Part shown: positions 19,604 to 29,829 of the stretch, one piece after another | Layout of the letters: the number at the start of each line of letters is the position of its first letter | Position numbering within the stretch: position 1 is the first letter of the stretch | From: Synechococcus sp. | Lineage (GTDB): Bacteria > Cyanobacteriota > Cyanobacteriia > PCC-6307 > Cyanobiaceae | DNA: 64,000 bases | Direction: 5' to 3' | NCBI GenBank assembly: GCA_047285535.1 | Contig: JBJBDC010000001.1 | Coordinates: 256,136 to 320,135, forward strand | Made by a program: the position numbers and the translations under genes | The notes under the pieces: model-generated | Told to the model about the DNA's origin: nothing | Database searches by the model: none | The model's input: the letters and a program-made list of their open reading frames with translations, nothing else

Positions 19604-20236
19604 TGACTGATTGCAAACTTGGACTCTCTCAACCCGAGCGGTTCTGCTCTGTCGATGGCCAGAACTTGCGGGCTTCAACAAGCCCTCTACTTGTCGGAGT
19701 TATTTCGCCGGATTTGCGTGCTGGCAGGTTTCTGAAGTGGTTCTCCACCCCATCCGTTAAGTGCTGATAGGTGATGAAGATTGAACCACGCCAGTTCTCC
19801 AGCTCAGGGGCCTCAACAAATGACTACTCCCCACAGTCACGCATCTGACTTAAACAATTTTGCTATGGCCGAAAGTCAGCCTTGGCTTGCTCAGTGGTTT
19901 AGATGTTTGGCACTAGTGAATTCATCAGTGCCTGTCAAAAGTTCGTATCAAGTCATCTCGATGACGAGTGCTCTTGGAGACCCTGCTAGTTGTCGGCTAT
20001 TTGGGAATCGCTGCTGAGGTTGCGCTTAAGTCTGCTAAGAACTGAGAAAGCATGAACATCTTGGAGAACGTGTTTTCTAAGCCTTGCAACGATCATCGTT
20101 CCAACGAAAGTATTGATACTCCACCAATCAAGAGTGAACTCTAGAGCTGCTTCAAAAGGGAGCTTTTGCAGAGGCTTGGTCGTCGTGGCTCATTCAGTGG
20201 GTCACTGATCTTGATAGAGGTTGATCTGAGTTCTGC

Positions 20237-21232
20237 CTATCGGAACATTGAACTGATAGAGCTTTCTTCATGGATGCGCCAAATGGCTTCGCCAAGCATG
20301 TTGGCGACTGATAAGACATGCAATTGATCAAAGGTGCGATGAGGCTCGATGGGAATGCTATTGGTGACAACAACCTGCTCGAAAAGACCTTCCATTGACA
20401 ATCTCTCAATGGCCGGTGGAGAGAACACAGGATGGGTGGCACATGCAATGACTCGCTTGGCACCCTCTTCTCGGAGTAATTTGGCGCCAGAACAGATTGT
20501 GCCTCCGGTATCAATCATGTCGTCGATCAAAATTGCTGTTCGGCCACTGACATCTCCAATCACCGTGAGGCTTTCAGCCATGTTGTGACCTGTGCGTCGC
20601 TTGTCGATGATTGCCAGAGGGGCTCCATTCATTTGTTTGGCAAAGGCCCGGGCTCTGGCTACACCTCCCACGTCAGGAGAAACCACAACAACGTCACCAA
20701 GTTCTTGGGCTGAGAGATAATCCACCAATACGGGGGACCCGTAGATGTGATCACAGGGAATATCGAAATAGCCTTGAGTTTGAGATGAATGCAAATCCAT
20801 CGCCAGTAAGCGATCGATACCTGACTTGACAAGAAGATTGGCCGTGAGTTTGGCCGCAATCGATTCACGGCCGGCAGTCTTGCGGTCTGCGCGGGCATAG
20901 CCGTAATAAGGAACAACCGCAGTGATCTGTCGAGCGGAAGCTCTTCTGCAAGCATCCACCATGATCATCAGCTCCATCAAATTGTCGTTCACTGGAGCAC
21001 AGGTGGGTTGGATCAGGAAGACATCACAGCCCCGTATTGATTCCTGGATTTGAACATAAAGCTCACCGTCTGCAAAACGTTTGCAAACCTTCGGACCATC
21101 AGGAACACCTAGGTATGAAGCTATCTCTCGAGCTAAAGCTGGGTTCGAAGTTCCACTAAACAGGCGTAAACGCCTGGTGTCGTGTGGCAATTTTTCCTGC
21201 TCTGCTCGGGCAGCGGTGAGAAAACTTGTCAC
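20237..21232 (-). CDS. prs: Ribose-phosphate pyrophosphokinase
   Basis: FADGELYVQIQESIRG, YYGYARADRK, VVSPDVGG, DDMIDTGGT; GTG start at 21232 gives 331 aa. Confidence 0.97.
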   Translation of the reverse strand: MTSFLTAARAEQEKLPHDTRRLRLFSGTSNPALAREIASYLGVPDGPKVCKRFADGELYVQIQESIRGCDVFLIQPTCAPVNDNLMELMIMVDACRRASARQITAVVPYYGYARADRKTAGRESIAAKLTANLLVKSGIDRLLAMDLHSSQTQGYFDIPCDHIYGSPVLVDYLSAQELGDVVVVSPDVGGVARARAFAKQMNGAPLAIIDKRRTGHNMAESLTVIGDVSGRTAILIDDMIDTGGTICSGAKLLREEGAKRVIACATHPVFSPPAIERLSMEGLFEQVVVTNSIPIEPHRTFDQLHVLSVANMLGEAIWRIHEESSISSMFR

Positions 21233-21328
21233 AGTGCCCGCGTTTGAGAACAGCGATGCACTGATCGTAGTGCTGCGTCGTCCCACTTTCCATAATCGGT
21301 TTGAGTCCGATCTCCCTAGGGTCGAGGC

Positions 21329-21880
21329 ATGCTGGATTTCACTTTGGCCCTCGTAGGTGCTGGACCGCTTCCTGAGCTCTCCATGCGGAGGTCTGCTCAA
21401 CAGCTTGCCAACGGTTTGTCGAGCGAGTTGATTGAATTGAATTGTGGTTCTGAACCAAACCTGGCCTTTCAGGCATTGGTTTCTGAACAGCTTTCGCTCA
21501 ACCGCCCCACTCTTCTTCGGTTGAGTGGTGATGCGGCCATGGTTCAAGGATCCTCAGGAAGCTGGCTTGAGACTCTCGCCGCTTGGCGTTGCCCTGTGTT
21601 GCTGTTCACTCAGCCCAACTCGGCGGGTTTGATTCCTGGAATGGCACCTGCCTCGGTGGCCCTCTGTCACACCCTTGGTATTCATTTGATGGGCTTGGCA
21701 CAACTGGGTGGTGACTGGGATCTGGCGGCGCGCAAAATGGATGGCTTGCCCTGGTGTGGCCTCATGGACCCGAACGATCAAGGTGGGGAAGCGACTGATG
21801 AATTGATCTGTTCAGTCCGGCATCGTTGGCGGTCTATGCATTCTGGGATCAGTTCTGAACTGGCCAGATCGGAAGGCTGA
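21329..21880 (+). CDS. Conserved hypothetical cyanobacterial protein
   Basis: 183-aa ORF divergent from prs; GSWLETLAAWRCP and DGLPWCG motifs. Confidence 0.7.
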   Translation: MLDFTLALVGAGPLPELSMRRSAQQLANGLSSELIELNCGSEPNLAFQALVSEQLSLNRPTLLRLSGDAAMVQGSSGSWLETLAAWRCPVLLFTQPNSAGLIPGMAPASVALCHTLGIHLMGLAQLGGDWDLAARKMDGLPWCGLMDPNDQGGEATDELICSVRHRWRSMHSGISSELARSEG

Positions 21881-22826
21881 GATCGGGTTTTAATTCACGC
21901 AGCATCTGTTGTCCTGCACGAGGTGCCAGGGGAAGTTGCGTGATGATTGGTGGAGATGGATCACTCATGGCTGCAGCAATCAGGCTCAGCATTTCTCTTC
22001 TGCTGAGGTCTGTTGAGACCTGATCGGAGAACACATTGAGTAGTGCGGGCACGACAGACATGGCATTGATTTCACCTAATTGCTGATGAAGGCCTTCGAG
22101 CAGCACGCTCTGTCTCACTCTTCGTTGTCGGTCATTGTTGGCATTCGGTCTGTAACGCGCGAGTTGTTCTGCCTGAGCACCGTTGAGTACTTGGAGGCCA
22201 GCCTGAAGATTCACGCTGTAGTTCTGGGATTTGTCTTCGTATTGATAGGTTTGGTTCAGATTGACTTCGATGTCGCCAAGACCTTCCACAAGATTGCGCA
22301 AGGCCTGTCTTGATACCACTATGTAGCGGTCTGGCTTGTTCTGAGGAAGGCCTATCAGCTCCCCAATCACATCAGAGGTGAGTGCAATCCCACCGACTTG
22401 CCAGGCTTTCGAGAGAGGTTGGATCGTTTCGATCCCTGGTAGGTGAACCGCTAGTTCTGTCGGCAACTGAAGAATTTGGATGGGCTGTTTCGCACTGATC
22501 TCAACGAGCATCAAACTGTCAGCGTTGGCAGGTCCGATGGGGGCTGCTTGATTCAAAGACGAGTGGATTTCGTCGCTGTCTAGGCCGACAACTAACACCA
22601 TCACCGGACTGCCAGGCAACGGAGCAAGGCTTGATGAATCCTCACCAGAGGGCACATCAGCCCCAACAGGGTCTGGTTTGGGCCAGACCACTGACAGGGC
22701 TGTGCCTGTCACCGCAATACCCAGGACAGCAGCGCCGATACGTAACAGGCTTCTTTTTGGGTGGTCTCCCAGCCAGCGCGTGATCCGCTTTTGGTGCGAG
22801 CCCTCACTTTGCGCTGGATCACCCAT
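21849..22826 (-). CDS. LCP (LytR-CpsA-Psr) family protein
   Basis: N-terminal TM, VLVVGLD, ADSLML, GLQVLNGAQAEQLARYR, RRVRQ. Confidence 0.9.
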   Translation of the reverse strand: MGDPAQSEGSHQKRITRWLGDHPKRSLLRIGAAVLGIAVTGTALSVVWPKPDPVGADVPSGEDSSSLAPLPGSPVMVLVVGLDSDEIHSSLNQAAPIGPANADSLMLVEISAKQPIQILQLPTELAVHLPGIETIQPLSKAWQVGGIALTSDVIGELIGLPQNKPDRYIVVSRQALRNLVEGLGDIEVNLNQTYQYEDKSQNYSVNLQAGLQVLNGAQAEQLARYRPNANNDRQRRVRQSVLLEGLHQQLGEINAMSVVPALLNVFSDQVSTDLSRREMLSLIAAAMSDPSPPIITQLPLAPRAGQQMLRELKPDLSLPIWPVQN

Positions 22827-23153
22827 CCGTCATGTTCTGATGATTGATTCGACAGTCTTGCTCAATCTGGGCGAATTGGAAGTACCCACCCCCTTTGAGC
22901 CGAGGCCAATGGGACCTGAGCCTGGAACAAGTGATGTTTTGGCATGCTCCGTTATGAGGATGCCAAGAGGCTGGGTAGAGGTTCAATCAGTTTTGAGCAT
23001 TGAGATGAATCTGCTGATGAGATTCATCTTGAGTGAAGATAAGAGATAAGCGAATCTCTGCGTTGATTTTATTGGTTTGAAGGCATTGGCTAGACGCTTT
23101 GAATTGAGATGATTTAACTCATGATTCCAGCTCAATGATCTCAACCGCTTGAT

Positions 23154-24242
23154 TCAAAAAAGAGCAGCATCTCCTAATTCTTGTCCAGCCATTCCTTCTC
23201 TTAATACACGTGCAAAAAACTGCTCAAGTGTGTCATTCCCGAAGGATGGTGTTGCCTCTGGGTCGTAGCAGCCTTGCTTCTCATCCCAGACCAGCATTGA
23301 TTCAGTGGCGTAATAACACCCGATTCGGGCAAATTCGCTTGTGTCTTCAATGGATGGTAAAAACCTTGCAACTTGTTCTAGAAGCATAGTTGGGGCATTC
23401 ATGACGGCAATGGGAAGTGAGATCATTCTCGGTGAACGTCCTAGGGCTTTGAAGATCATTTCGCCTTGCTCTCTTGCACTGAGGGCCGGACCCGGCCCAC
23501 CAATGGGTAAGACTTGATTGATCTTATCGGTTTGGTGTATGCAATTAACTAAGAAACAAGCGAGATCTTTTTCACTGATTGGCTTGCAACTTGTTAGCTC
23601 TCCATTGCCAAACATCACATAGGGTGCACCTTTTCGACAGGTCTCGAATTGGGCGGCAAGACTTTTAAAGAAGGCTGTTGGACGTACAATTGTATGGGTG
23701 ATTTCGGTGTCTTGCTGAAGCACCATTTCAAATGCAAGCTTTGCTTTTTGAAATTCAAGGGTCGGTTTTTGTACACAGATTGCTGACAGCATCACGTAAT
23801 GCGCCATGCCAGCTTTGCGCCCCTCTTGGTAAGTCTTTAGGTTGGCTGCATGATCGATCGCCCATGAATCCTTCTTGCCACCGGTTCTCGATGCCAGGCA
23901 AGAAATGACGACGTCGGTGGGTTCATCGAAGGCATGGGTTGCGAGTGAAATTGGATTGGTGACATCACCAAATCTCACCTCAGCGCCAGGGAAATCAGCG
24001 ACCACGTCTTCTCGACCTTGACGACCACCGATGCCACTGGCTTCGCGAGCGAAGGCCATGACCTGATATCCGCGTTGAACAAGTTCTTTGACCACGAATC
24101 TCCCTATGTACCCAGTGGCGCCGAAAACGGCCACCCTTACTTGATCTGGCGAACGTTGTCGAAAATCATGGCGAGGTAAGAGAGGGGGGGACACTTGCTT
24201 GAACGATCGATCTCGAGCAACGCTAAGGCGCTCATCGTCCAT
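23154..24242 (-). CDS. dvr: NAD(P)H-dependent divinyl chlorophyllide 8-vinyl reductase (BciA/N-DVR)
   Basis: GATGYIG, SCLASRTGG, LSAICVQKP, RPTAFFKS, CKPISE, YYATESML, C-terminal ELGDAALF; start may be slightly downstream. Confidence 0.9.
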   Translation of the reverse strand: MDDERLSVARDRSFKQVSPPLLPRHDFRQRSPDQVRVAVFGATGYIGRFVVKELVQRGYQVMAFAREASGIGGRQGREDVVADFPGAEVRFGDVTNPISLATHAFDEPTDVVISCLASRTGGKKDSWAIDHAANLKTYQEGRKAGMAHYVMLSAICVQKPTLEFQKAKLAFEMVLQQDTEITHTIVRPTAFFKSLAAQFETCRKGAPYVMFGNGELTSCKPISEKDLACFLVNCIHQTDKINQVLPIGGPGPALSAREQGEMIFKALGRSPRMISLPIAVMNAPTMLLEQVARFLPSIEDTSEFARIGCYYATESMLVWDEKQGCYDPEATPSFGNDTLEQFFARVLREGMAGQELGDAALF

Positions 24243-24388
24243 TCACAAACCAGTTTTGGTAGCTGCTCTCAGTGATCGCAGTGAACTGGAAGAATGAGTT
24301 CGTGTCTTTGGAAAGACGCTTCTTAAGATCACGAGGGTCGACGATTCACTCTCCCTCGACCGTCTGGCTACCCGAATGATTTGCTTCG

Positions 24389-25915
24389 ATGGTTAAGCGC
24401 TCAAGGAGTGAAAGGGATCGGAGGGTGGGTGTCCTTCTGCATCCCACGGCTTTGCCGGATTCACCAGTTTGCGGCAGCTTCGGCCGGCCAGCCCGAGAAT
24501 GGTTGAAGGCTCTTGCGAGCAATGGCTTGCTTGTTTGGCAGATTTTGCCCCTTGCTCCGCCTGATGGCACCGGATCGCCTTACAGCTCACCCTCGAGTTT
24601 TGCTCTGAATCCCTGGCTGCTGGATGCGGCTGATTTGGCGACGGAGATGTTCCTGACGGACAGTGATCTAGAAACGCTTCCTGGGGCTGCACAGACTGCC
24701 AACAACAGTTCTGTTGTGGATTTTTCTCTGGCTGATGAGCGTGTCAGGGCACTGGCACGGGTGCTGGCAGCCCATTGGCCTCAGCAATCTTCAAAGCGGA
24801 AACAACAATTTGAGCGTTGGAGGGTCGACCAAGCGGACTGGCTCATAGACCACGTGAGTTTTGTTGTCCTCCGTGATCAACACGACGGACTGCCTTGGTG
24901 GTCTTGGCCCCATGAGCTGGCTGTGCAGCAACCTGCTGCCTTGGCTCAGTGGAGGCTTAAGCATCGTGATGCCTTGCTGGAGCAGGAACTTCTTCAATGG
25001 CATCTCGATCGTCAGTGGCAACGTCTGAGAGTTCAAGCTCGGGACTTAAATGTCGAGATCCTTGGAGATCTGCCTTTTTATGTCGCGAGAGATAGCGCTG
25101 ATGTTTGGAGTAATCGATCGCTATTTTCGATTGCGGCCGATGGACGCTTACGGCTTCAGAGTGGAGTGCCACCCGATTATTTTTCAGAGACTGGTCAGCT
25201 TTGGGGGACGCCTGTTTACAACTGGGTGCGACATAAACGTACGGGCTTCCGTTGGTGGCGCAATCGTTTGAAGCGGCAATGGAGGCTTGCTGATCGTTTG
25301 CGATTGGATCATTTTCGAGCTCTTGCTGGCTTCTGGGCGGTCCCTGGTGATGACGATACGGCTCAAAATGGTGAGTGGCGGCGCTCACCTGGTCATGAGT
25401 TGTTGCAGCGTCTTCGTCGAGATGCAGGAGGAAAGCTTCCCATCGTTGCCGAAGATCTGGGTGTGATCACTCCAGATGTGGAGCGTTTGCGTCATCGTTT
25501 TCGCTTGCCAGGAATGAAGGTTCTTCAGTTTGCCTTTGATGGCAATCCCTCCAACCCCTACGTGCCACACAACATCAAAGGGAGTCATTGGGTGGTTTAC
25601 ACCGGTACCCATGACAATCCCACCACCATCGGTTGGTGGCAGCGGTTGGATCAAGCATCCAAGCACCAGGTAGGAGAGCTTGTCGGGTGTGAGGTTGAGG
25701 CACCCGGGTGGCAGCTGTTAGAGCTGGGCATGGCGACGTCTGCTGCACTCGTGGTGTCGCCGTTGCAGGATTTGTTGCATCTTGATGACAAAGCCCGATT
25801 CAATACCCCAGGAACCGTTGGTGGGAACTGGTGTTGGAGGATGCCCACTTTTGATGAGAGGGTGCTAGGTGCCCTTAAGGGTTATGGCGAAAGGGCTGCC
25901 GCCTGGGACAGGTGA
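24389..25915 (+). CDS. malQ: 4-alpha-glucanotransferase
   Basis: GVLLHPTAL, WQILPL, GDLPFYV, GVPPDYFSETGQLWG, RLDHFR, AEDLG, YTGTHDN. Confidence 0.97.
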   Translation: MVKRSRSERDRRVGVLLHPTALPDSPVCGSFGRPAREWLKALASNGLLVWQILPLAPPDGTGSPYSSPSSFALNPWLLDAADLATEMFLTDSDLETLPGAAQTANNSSVVDFSLADERVRALARVLAAHWPQQSSKRKQQFERWRVDQADWLIDHVSFVVLRDQHDGLPWWSWPHELAVQQPAALAQWRLKHRDALLEQELLQWHLDRQWQRLRVQARDLNVEILGDLPFYVARDSADVWSNRSLFSIAADGRLRLQSGVPPDYFSETGQLWGTPVYNWVRHKRTGFRWWRNRLKRQWRLADRLRLDHFRALAGFWAVPGDDDTAQNGEWRRSPGHELLQRLRRDAGGKLPIVAEDLGVITPDVERLRHRFRLPGMKVLQFAFDGNPSNPYVPHNIKGSHWVVYTGTHDNPTTIGWWQRLDQASKHQVGELVGCEVEAPGWQLLELGMATSAALVVSPLQDLLHLDDKARFNTPGTVGGNWCWRMPTFDERVLGALKGYGERAAAWDR

Positions 25916-26730
25916 TAGCTTCCCGGTTGATTGGTTTGCGACGTTAAGGGTTGGCCGTTCCAGCGCACGGAATCCTTTGGGCTTGGAGCAGGGGTGATCT
26001 TGAGGTCGAGTGGAGGTACTAGCTGTAATGTCAGCGTTCCTTTGGTTCCCTGGAGATTTGTTCGATCGCCCCCTTCACTGCTAAGGCTGATCTGGCGTGG
26101 TTCGTTCAGGTTGAGGGTCAGGACACCGGGTTCCTTGTGTTGATCGAAGGGGGGGGTGAGCTCTTCAGGATTGCTGGCCATGAACTCCTTCAGCGGACGC
26201 AATCCTTGCAAAATCTCATCGGAATCCAAGGGAGTGCTCACAGGGATAGGACTCGGTGAAAATGCGCTGTGCTGCAAAAGATGTTGCTGCTGCTTGTTGA
26301 GGGCAAGAATCGAGCCGAGCATGACAACGCCATACACCACGCTCCCTTGCCATGTGGTGAAGATGTCGATGCTGCCAAGGGTGAAGCGAGTGCTTCGCCC
26401 CTGGGATACCAATCGATTGGCATTCGTTCGATTGGGTAGGGCAGATGCCAAGCTTTCGTTCGGCAGGTCGAAATAGCGTTCCAAGCGCTCCAGCATCGCA
26501 ACTAAGTAGGCGGGCTCGGGCAGGCGGTCTTGCCAGCCGCGTTCAAGAGCTTCCAGCACAGGCGTGGTGATCCTCACCTGAGTTGAGAGGTCCCGCATGC
26601 TGAGTCCTCTTTGCTCCCGATGTTTTCGCAGCAGTTCGCCTGCTTCATTGAGAGAGTTGTTGTTGCTCTCAAGAGTAGTTGGAGCAACTTTCTTGGTTTT
26701 GTTGCGTCGCCAAGGGAGTGAGATTTTCAT
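25882..26730 (-). CDS. RodZ-like helix-turn-helix membrane protein
   Basis: GELLRKHREQRGLS...LEALERGWQDRLPEPAY HTH followed by a TM. Confidence 0.8.
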   Translation of the reverse strand: MKISLPWRRNKTKKVAPTTLESNNNSLNEAGELLRKHREQRGLSMRDLSTQVRITTPVLEALERGWQDRLPEPAYLVAMLERLERYFDLPNESLASALPNRTNANRLVSQGRSTRFTLGSIDIFTTWQGSVVYGVVMLGSILALNKQQQHLLQHSAFSPSPIPVSTPLDSDEILQGLRPLKEFMASNPEELTPPFDQHKEPGVLTLNLNEPRQISLSSEGGDRTNLQGTKGTLTLQLVPPLDLKITPAPSPKDSVRWNGQPLTSQTNQPGSYHLSQAAALSP

Positions 26731-26743
26731 CGCGTCGATGCCA

Positions 26744-27478
26744 TTAAGAGGGGCACTCGTTTGGTTCCTGACGGATGGAATTCCATTCTGAACGTGTCAA
26801 CTCGCGCCAGCTTCCCTCTGGCAAGGAACCGAGATCAATGGAAGAAATAGCGGTTCGTTGAAGATCAAGCACGGGGTGCCCCAGAGCCTCTGCCACTCTG
26901 CGGATTTGGCGATTCCTGCCCTCTCTGAGGATCACCTTTAAAAGGGATTGATTCCGATTTTGTTTGATCAGAAAGACCTCCGTCGGTTGTGTGGGAATGC
27001 CATCCAGTTCCACTCCGTTGCTCCAACGATTCAGCGTCGTTGCTGTGGGCCTTCCCCTCACCTGAACCTTGTAGGTCTTTTGATGGGCGTAGCGGGGATG
27101 GGTGAGCTGCAGAGTAATGGCTCCTTGATTGGTGAGAAGAAGGGCACCTCGGCTATCACTATCCAACCGACCAATGGGGTGGAGCCCTCGTCTTAGGGGC
27201 TCCGGAATCAGGTCCAGCACAGTCTTGCGTCCATGCGGGTCACTGCAGCTGCTTATGACACCAGGGGGTTTATTGAGCAGGATCAGCCTGGGGCTGGATG
27301 GTTGAGATAACGGGCTGCCATCTACATCAATTCGGTCGACGATGGGATCTGCCTGATCGCCAACCGTAGCTGTGATCTGATTGACTTTGACCCTTCCTTC
27401 GCGCAGCAGGACCTCAGCATGTCGCCGAGAGCAGATCCCTGCAGCAGCGATCAGTTTCTGCAGTCTTTGGCGGGTCAA
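26744..27478 (-). CDS. rRNA pseudouridine synthase (RsuA/RluB family)
   Basis: S4 domain RLQKLIAAAGICSRR, LNKPPG, GRLDSDSRG, EGRNRQIRR. Confidence 0.95.
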   Translation of the reverse strand: MTRQRLQKLIAAAGICSRRHAEVLLREGRVKVNQITATVGDQADPIVDRIDVDGSPLSQPSSPRLILLNKPPGVISSCSDPHGRKTVLDLIPEPLRRGLHPIGRLDSDSRGALLLTNQGAITLQLTHPRYAHQKTYKVQVRGRPTATTLNRWSNGVELDGIPTQPTEVFLIKQNRNQSLLKVILREGRNRQIRRVAEALGHPVLDLQRTAISSIDLGSLPEGSWRELTRSEWNSIRQEPNECPS

Positions 27479-27798
27479 CTGTTCATTCCTTGAAAACGAT
27501 CAGAGGTCACCTTTGGGTTGATGTTGATCCATGCAAGCACCGAGATATTCCTCAGCACCCCTGTCCAAGTCAAGTATTTGGCGTTTTGATCTCTTTTGCC
27601 GTGGACAAGAGAATGGACAAGGGGTTCATCTTCCCTATCAACCGACAAGAGCAAAAAATCTTTTCCGAACACATGCAGGGACGCGCCAAGCATCACCGCA
27701 GCTCTCCCTGGATCATGTCCTGCGATGGCTTCGACGCTGCGTGCAAGCTCCAGATGCTCAGCCAAAGGTCAGATGTCAATTGCTGCGTCATAGCCCAG
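27475..27798 (-). pseudogene. Hypothetical gene, probably interrupted by a nonsense codon
   Basis: Frame reads LGYDAAIDI*PLAEHLELARS...; in-frame TGA at 27769-27771; 3' end overlaps the start of the pseudouridine synthase. Confidence 0.4.
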
Positions 27799-27896
27799 GA
27801 CTAGGTTATTCAGGCCTGAACTGACTTTCCATACGCAAGAGAGTCTCGGCCTCTTTCCGGAGGATCAGGCAAATGGTTGATTTCAGCGGATGGCGA

Positions 27897-28271
27897 ATGA
27901 GCCCTGCCGCGCTGCTGACCTTGGTCGCAGCCGCCCCTGTGGCGGCCATGCCGGTGGTCACGATCAGCAGTTGTTATGACGGTGATACATGCCGAACGAG
28001 TACAGGCGAAAAGATCAGGCTGGCCTGTATCGATACTCCAGAGCTACAGGGTAAGCGTGCTGATCCACTGCCAGCTAGGGCGGCCCGTGATGACCTGCGA
28101 GCCCTAGTTGTCGGTCAGGATGTTGGCATCAGGCGCATGACCAAAGACAGATATGGGCGAACGGTTGCAGAGTTATTTGTGAATGGTTCCAACGTTCAGC
28201 AGCGGCTCGTGGCAGCCAGACATGCTCAGATCTATTGGCCTTACTCCAGCCAATGTCCTTGGACCCGTTGA
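27897..28271 (+). CDS. Thermonuclease (SNase-like) family secreted nuclease
   Basis: Signal peptide, YDGDT, IRLACIDTPEL, DRYGRTVAEL. Confidence 0.9.
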   Translation: MSPAALLTLVAAAPVAAMPVVTISSCYDGDTCRTSTGEKIRLACIDTPELQGKRADPLPARAARDDLRALVVGQDVGIRRMTKDRYGRTVAELFVNGSNVQQRLVAARHAQIYWPYSSQCPWTR

Positions 28272-28290
28272 ATTACACCCTCTAACAACA

Positions 28291-28620
28291 ATGATCCGCA
28301 CCGCACTCACTGCCGCAGCTCTCGCCATCGGCGCACTGGCTGCACCCGCTCAAGCTGACACCGTCAGGGGTGCTCTCTGTGAGCTGTCACGCCATGACGA
28401 CTCCATCCCAATGGAAGACTTCACCTGCTCCATCACTCAACTGCAGGGCAACGTCTACGTGGATTCAACGCGCTGGGCGTTCAAGTTCCCCGCCGCTGAG
28501 CAGGGCAAGACCTATGAGCGCCAGAACACCGAAGACTTCAAGCGCTTCACCCGCGAAGGGCAATACACACTGACCGTCTTCGAATCGGGCAAGAAGCCGA
28601 ACGAGCCCGGCGGCTGGTGA
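28291..28620 (+). CDS. Secreted hypothetical protein (109 aa)
   Basis: Signal MIRTALTAAALAIGALAAPAQA; GC-rich coding bias. Confidence 0.8.
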   Translation: MIRTALTAAALAIGALAAPAQADTVRGALCELSRHDDSIPMEDFTCSITQLQGNVYVDSTRWAFKFPAAEQGKTYERQNTEDFKRFTREGQYTLTVFESGKKPNEPGGW

Positions 28621-28807
28621 TCGCCATTTGTTGGGCGGGCTGCACGCGCTTTGGATTCATGTTTCGACTAAAGCTCAGTTATGCGCAGCTTGTAGGTCGT
28701 CATCTCCGGTCGACGAAGTCGACGAAAGCGACTGGCCTGGACAGCATTCGGCCAGCTTTTCGTCAGACGGACGGCCATCATGATTCGACGCCTCTTGCTG
28801 GTCCTGA

Positions 28808-29290
28808 TCAGAGGGCTTCTACGTTGATAAACGGCTGATCGTTCCCTTTGGGTCGCCATTCCAGCAACCATCCTTCGGGGAGATCGATCTGCACGGTTTC
28901 TCCTCGCCAAGGGATGGTGGTGGGTCGCCCATCGTTCAGTACAAGCCGTATTCGTTCAATAGGGTGGTCCGGACAGTACATAAGTGTGCTGATGATGCCC
29001 CCCGGTTGTCTGTTATTCATCAGTTTCCATACCATTTCCTCCTGGCTGCCGGTCGGTTCTGGCTGCAATTGTCCAACGATCCCCATGCGGTTGCAGTCAC
29101 GCTCCACCATGGTGCTGACGCGTACTTCAATGTCGGATCGCGCCTCGATCCGATGACGTTGCAGTGGGGGCCATTCAGCAGGATTTCCGCTGCGCTGGGG
29201 TTCAGCCCGTGCCCCCATCACGGGGCCAACCAAGGGCAGAAGCGCTAGGCCGGCGGCGACCATCACACGTCGCGAAATGGGGATTACCAC
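28808..29290 (-). CDS. Ecotin-like serine protease inhibitor (divergent)
   Basis: xDCN and STLMYCPD correspond to ecotin VDCN and STMMACPD; export signal present. Confidence 0.7.
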   Translation of the reverse strand: MVIPISRRVMVAAGLALLPLVGPVMGARAEPQRSGNPAEWPPLQRHRIEARSDIEVRVSTMVERDCNRMGIVGQLQPEPTGSQEEMVWKLMNNRQPGGIISTLMYCPDHPIERIRLVLNDGRPTTIPWRGETVQIDLPEGWLLEWRPKGNDQPFINVEAL

Positions 29291-29829
29291 GATCAGTGTC
29301 AGCGAGGTGATGGAGTTATCTTCATCGTCAGCTCAGCCGCGCGGGTTGATCTGGATCATGGCAATCAGTGCCATTGCTTACAGGGCGTCTGGAACCAGAC
29401 GTGACACTCCCACTGTTTTACAACGGTGAATTCCAGTTCTGTCGTGCTTTTGCGTTGCGCAGTGAGTTGGCGGCCGGCATTCCAGACCTGTGGATTGTGG
29501 AAGGTCGTCAGGCATCTCGGCTGCGCCTGCCTAGGGATAGACCGACAAAATGAAGGGATTGTTGTCGGAACTAGCCCAGGAGAGGCGATCCCGCAGGAAC
29601 AGAACCGTTCTTCTCCTGCTCTCATGCTTCTGCTTTGAGCAGATCTGGACAGGTGTCGCTCATAGGGCAGTCGCGTTAACGATCCATCAGCGAGGCAGTG
29701 CAGGCAGACATTGGAGATCACAGGAAGGATTTTGATTGCAGCGGTATGTCCAAGAGATTGAGGGCTATCAACATGAAGAAAACCAAAAAAAGTGGTAGGT
29801 TTGGAAACATGCATGTTTCGTAATTCCTG

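Noticed and set aside
21233..21547. 105-aa N-terminal extension of Prs in the ORF track
   Set aside because: It overlaps the divergent gene at 21329; the GTG at 21232 gives a normal-length Prs
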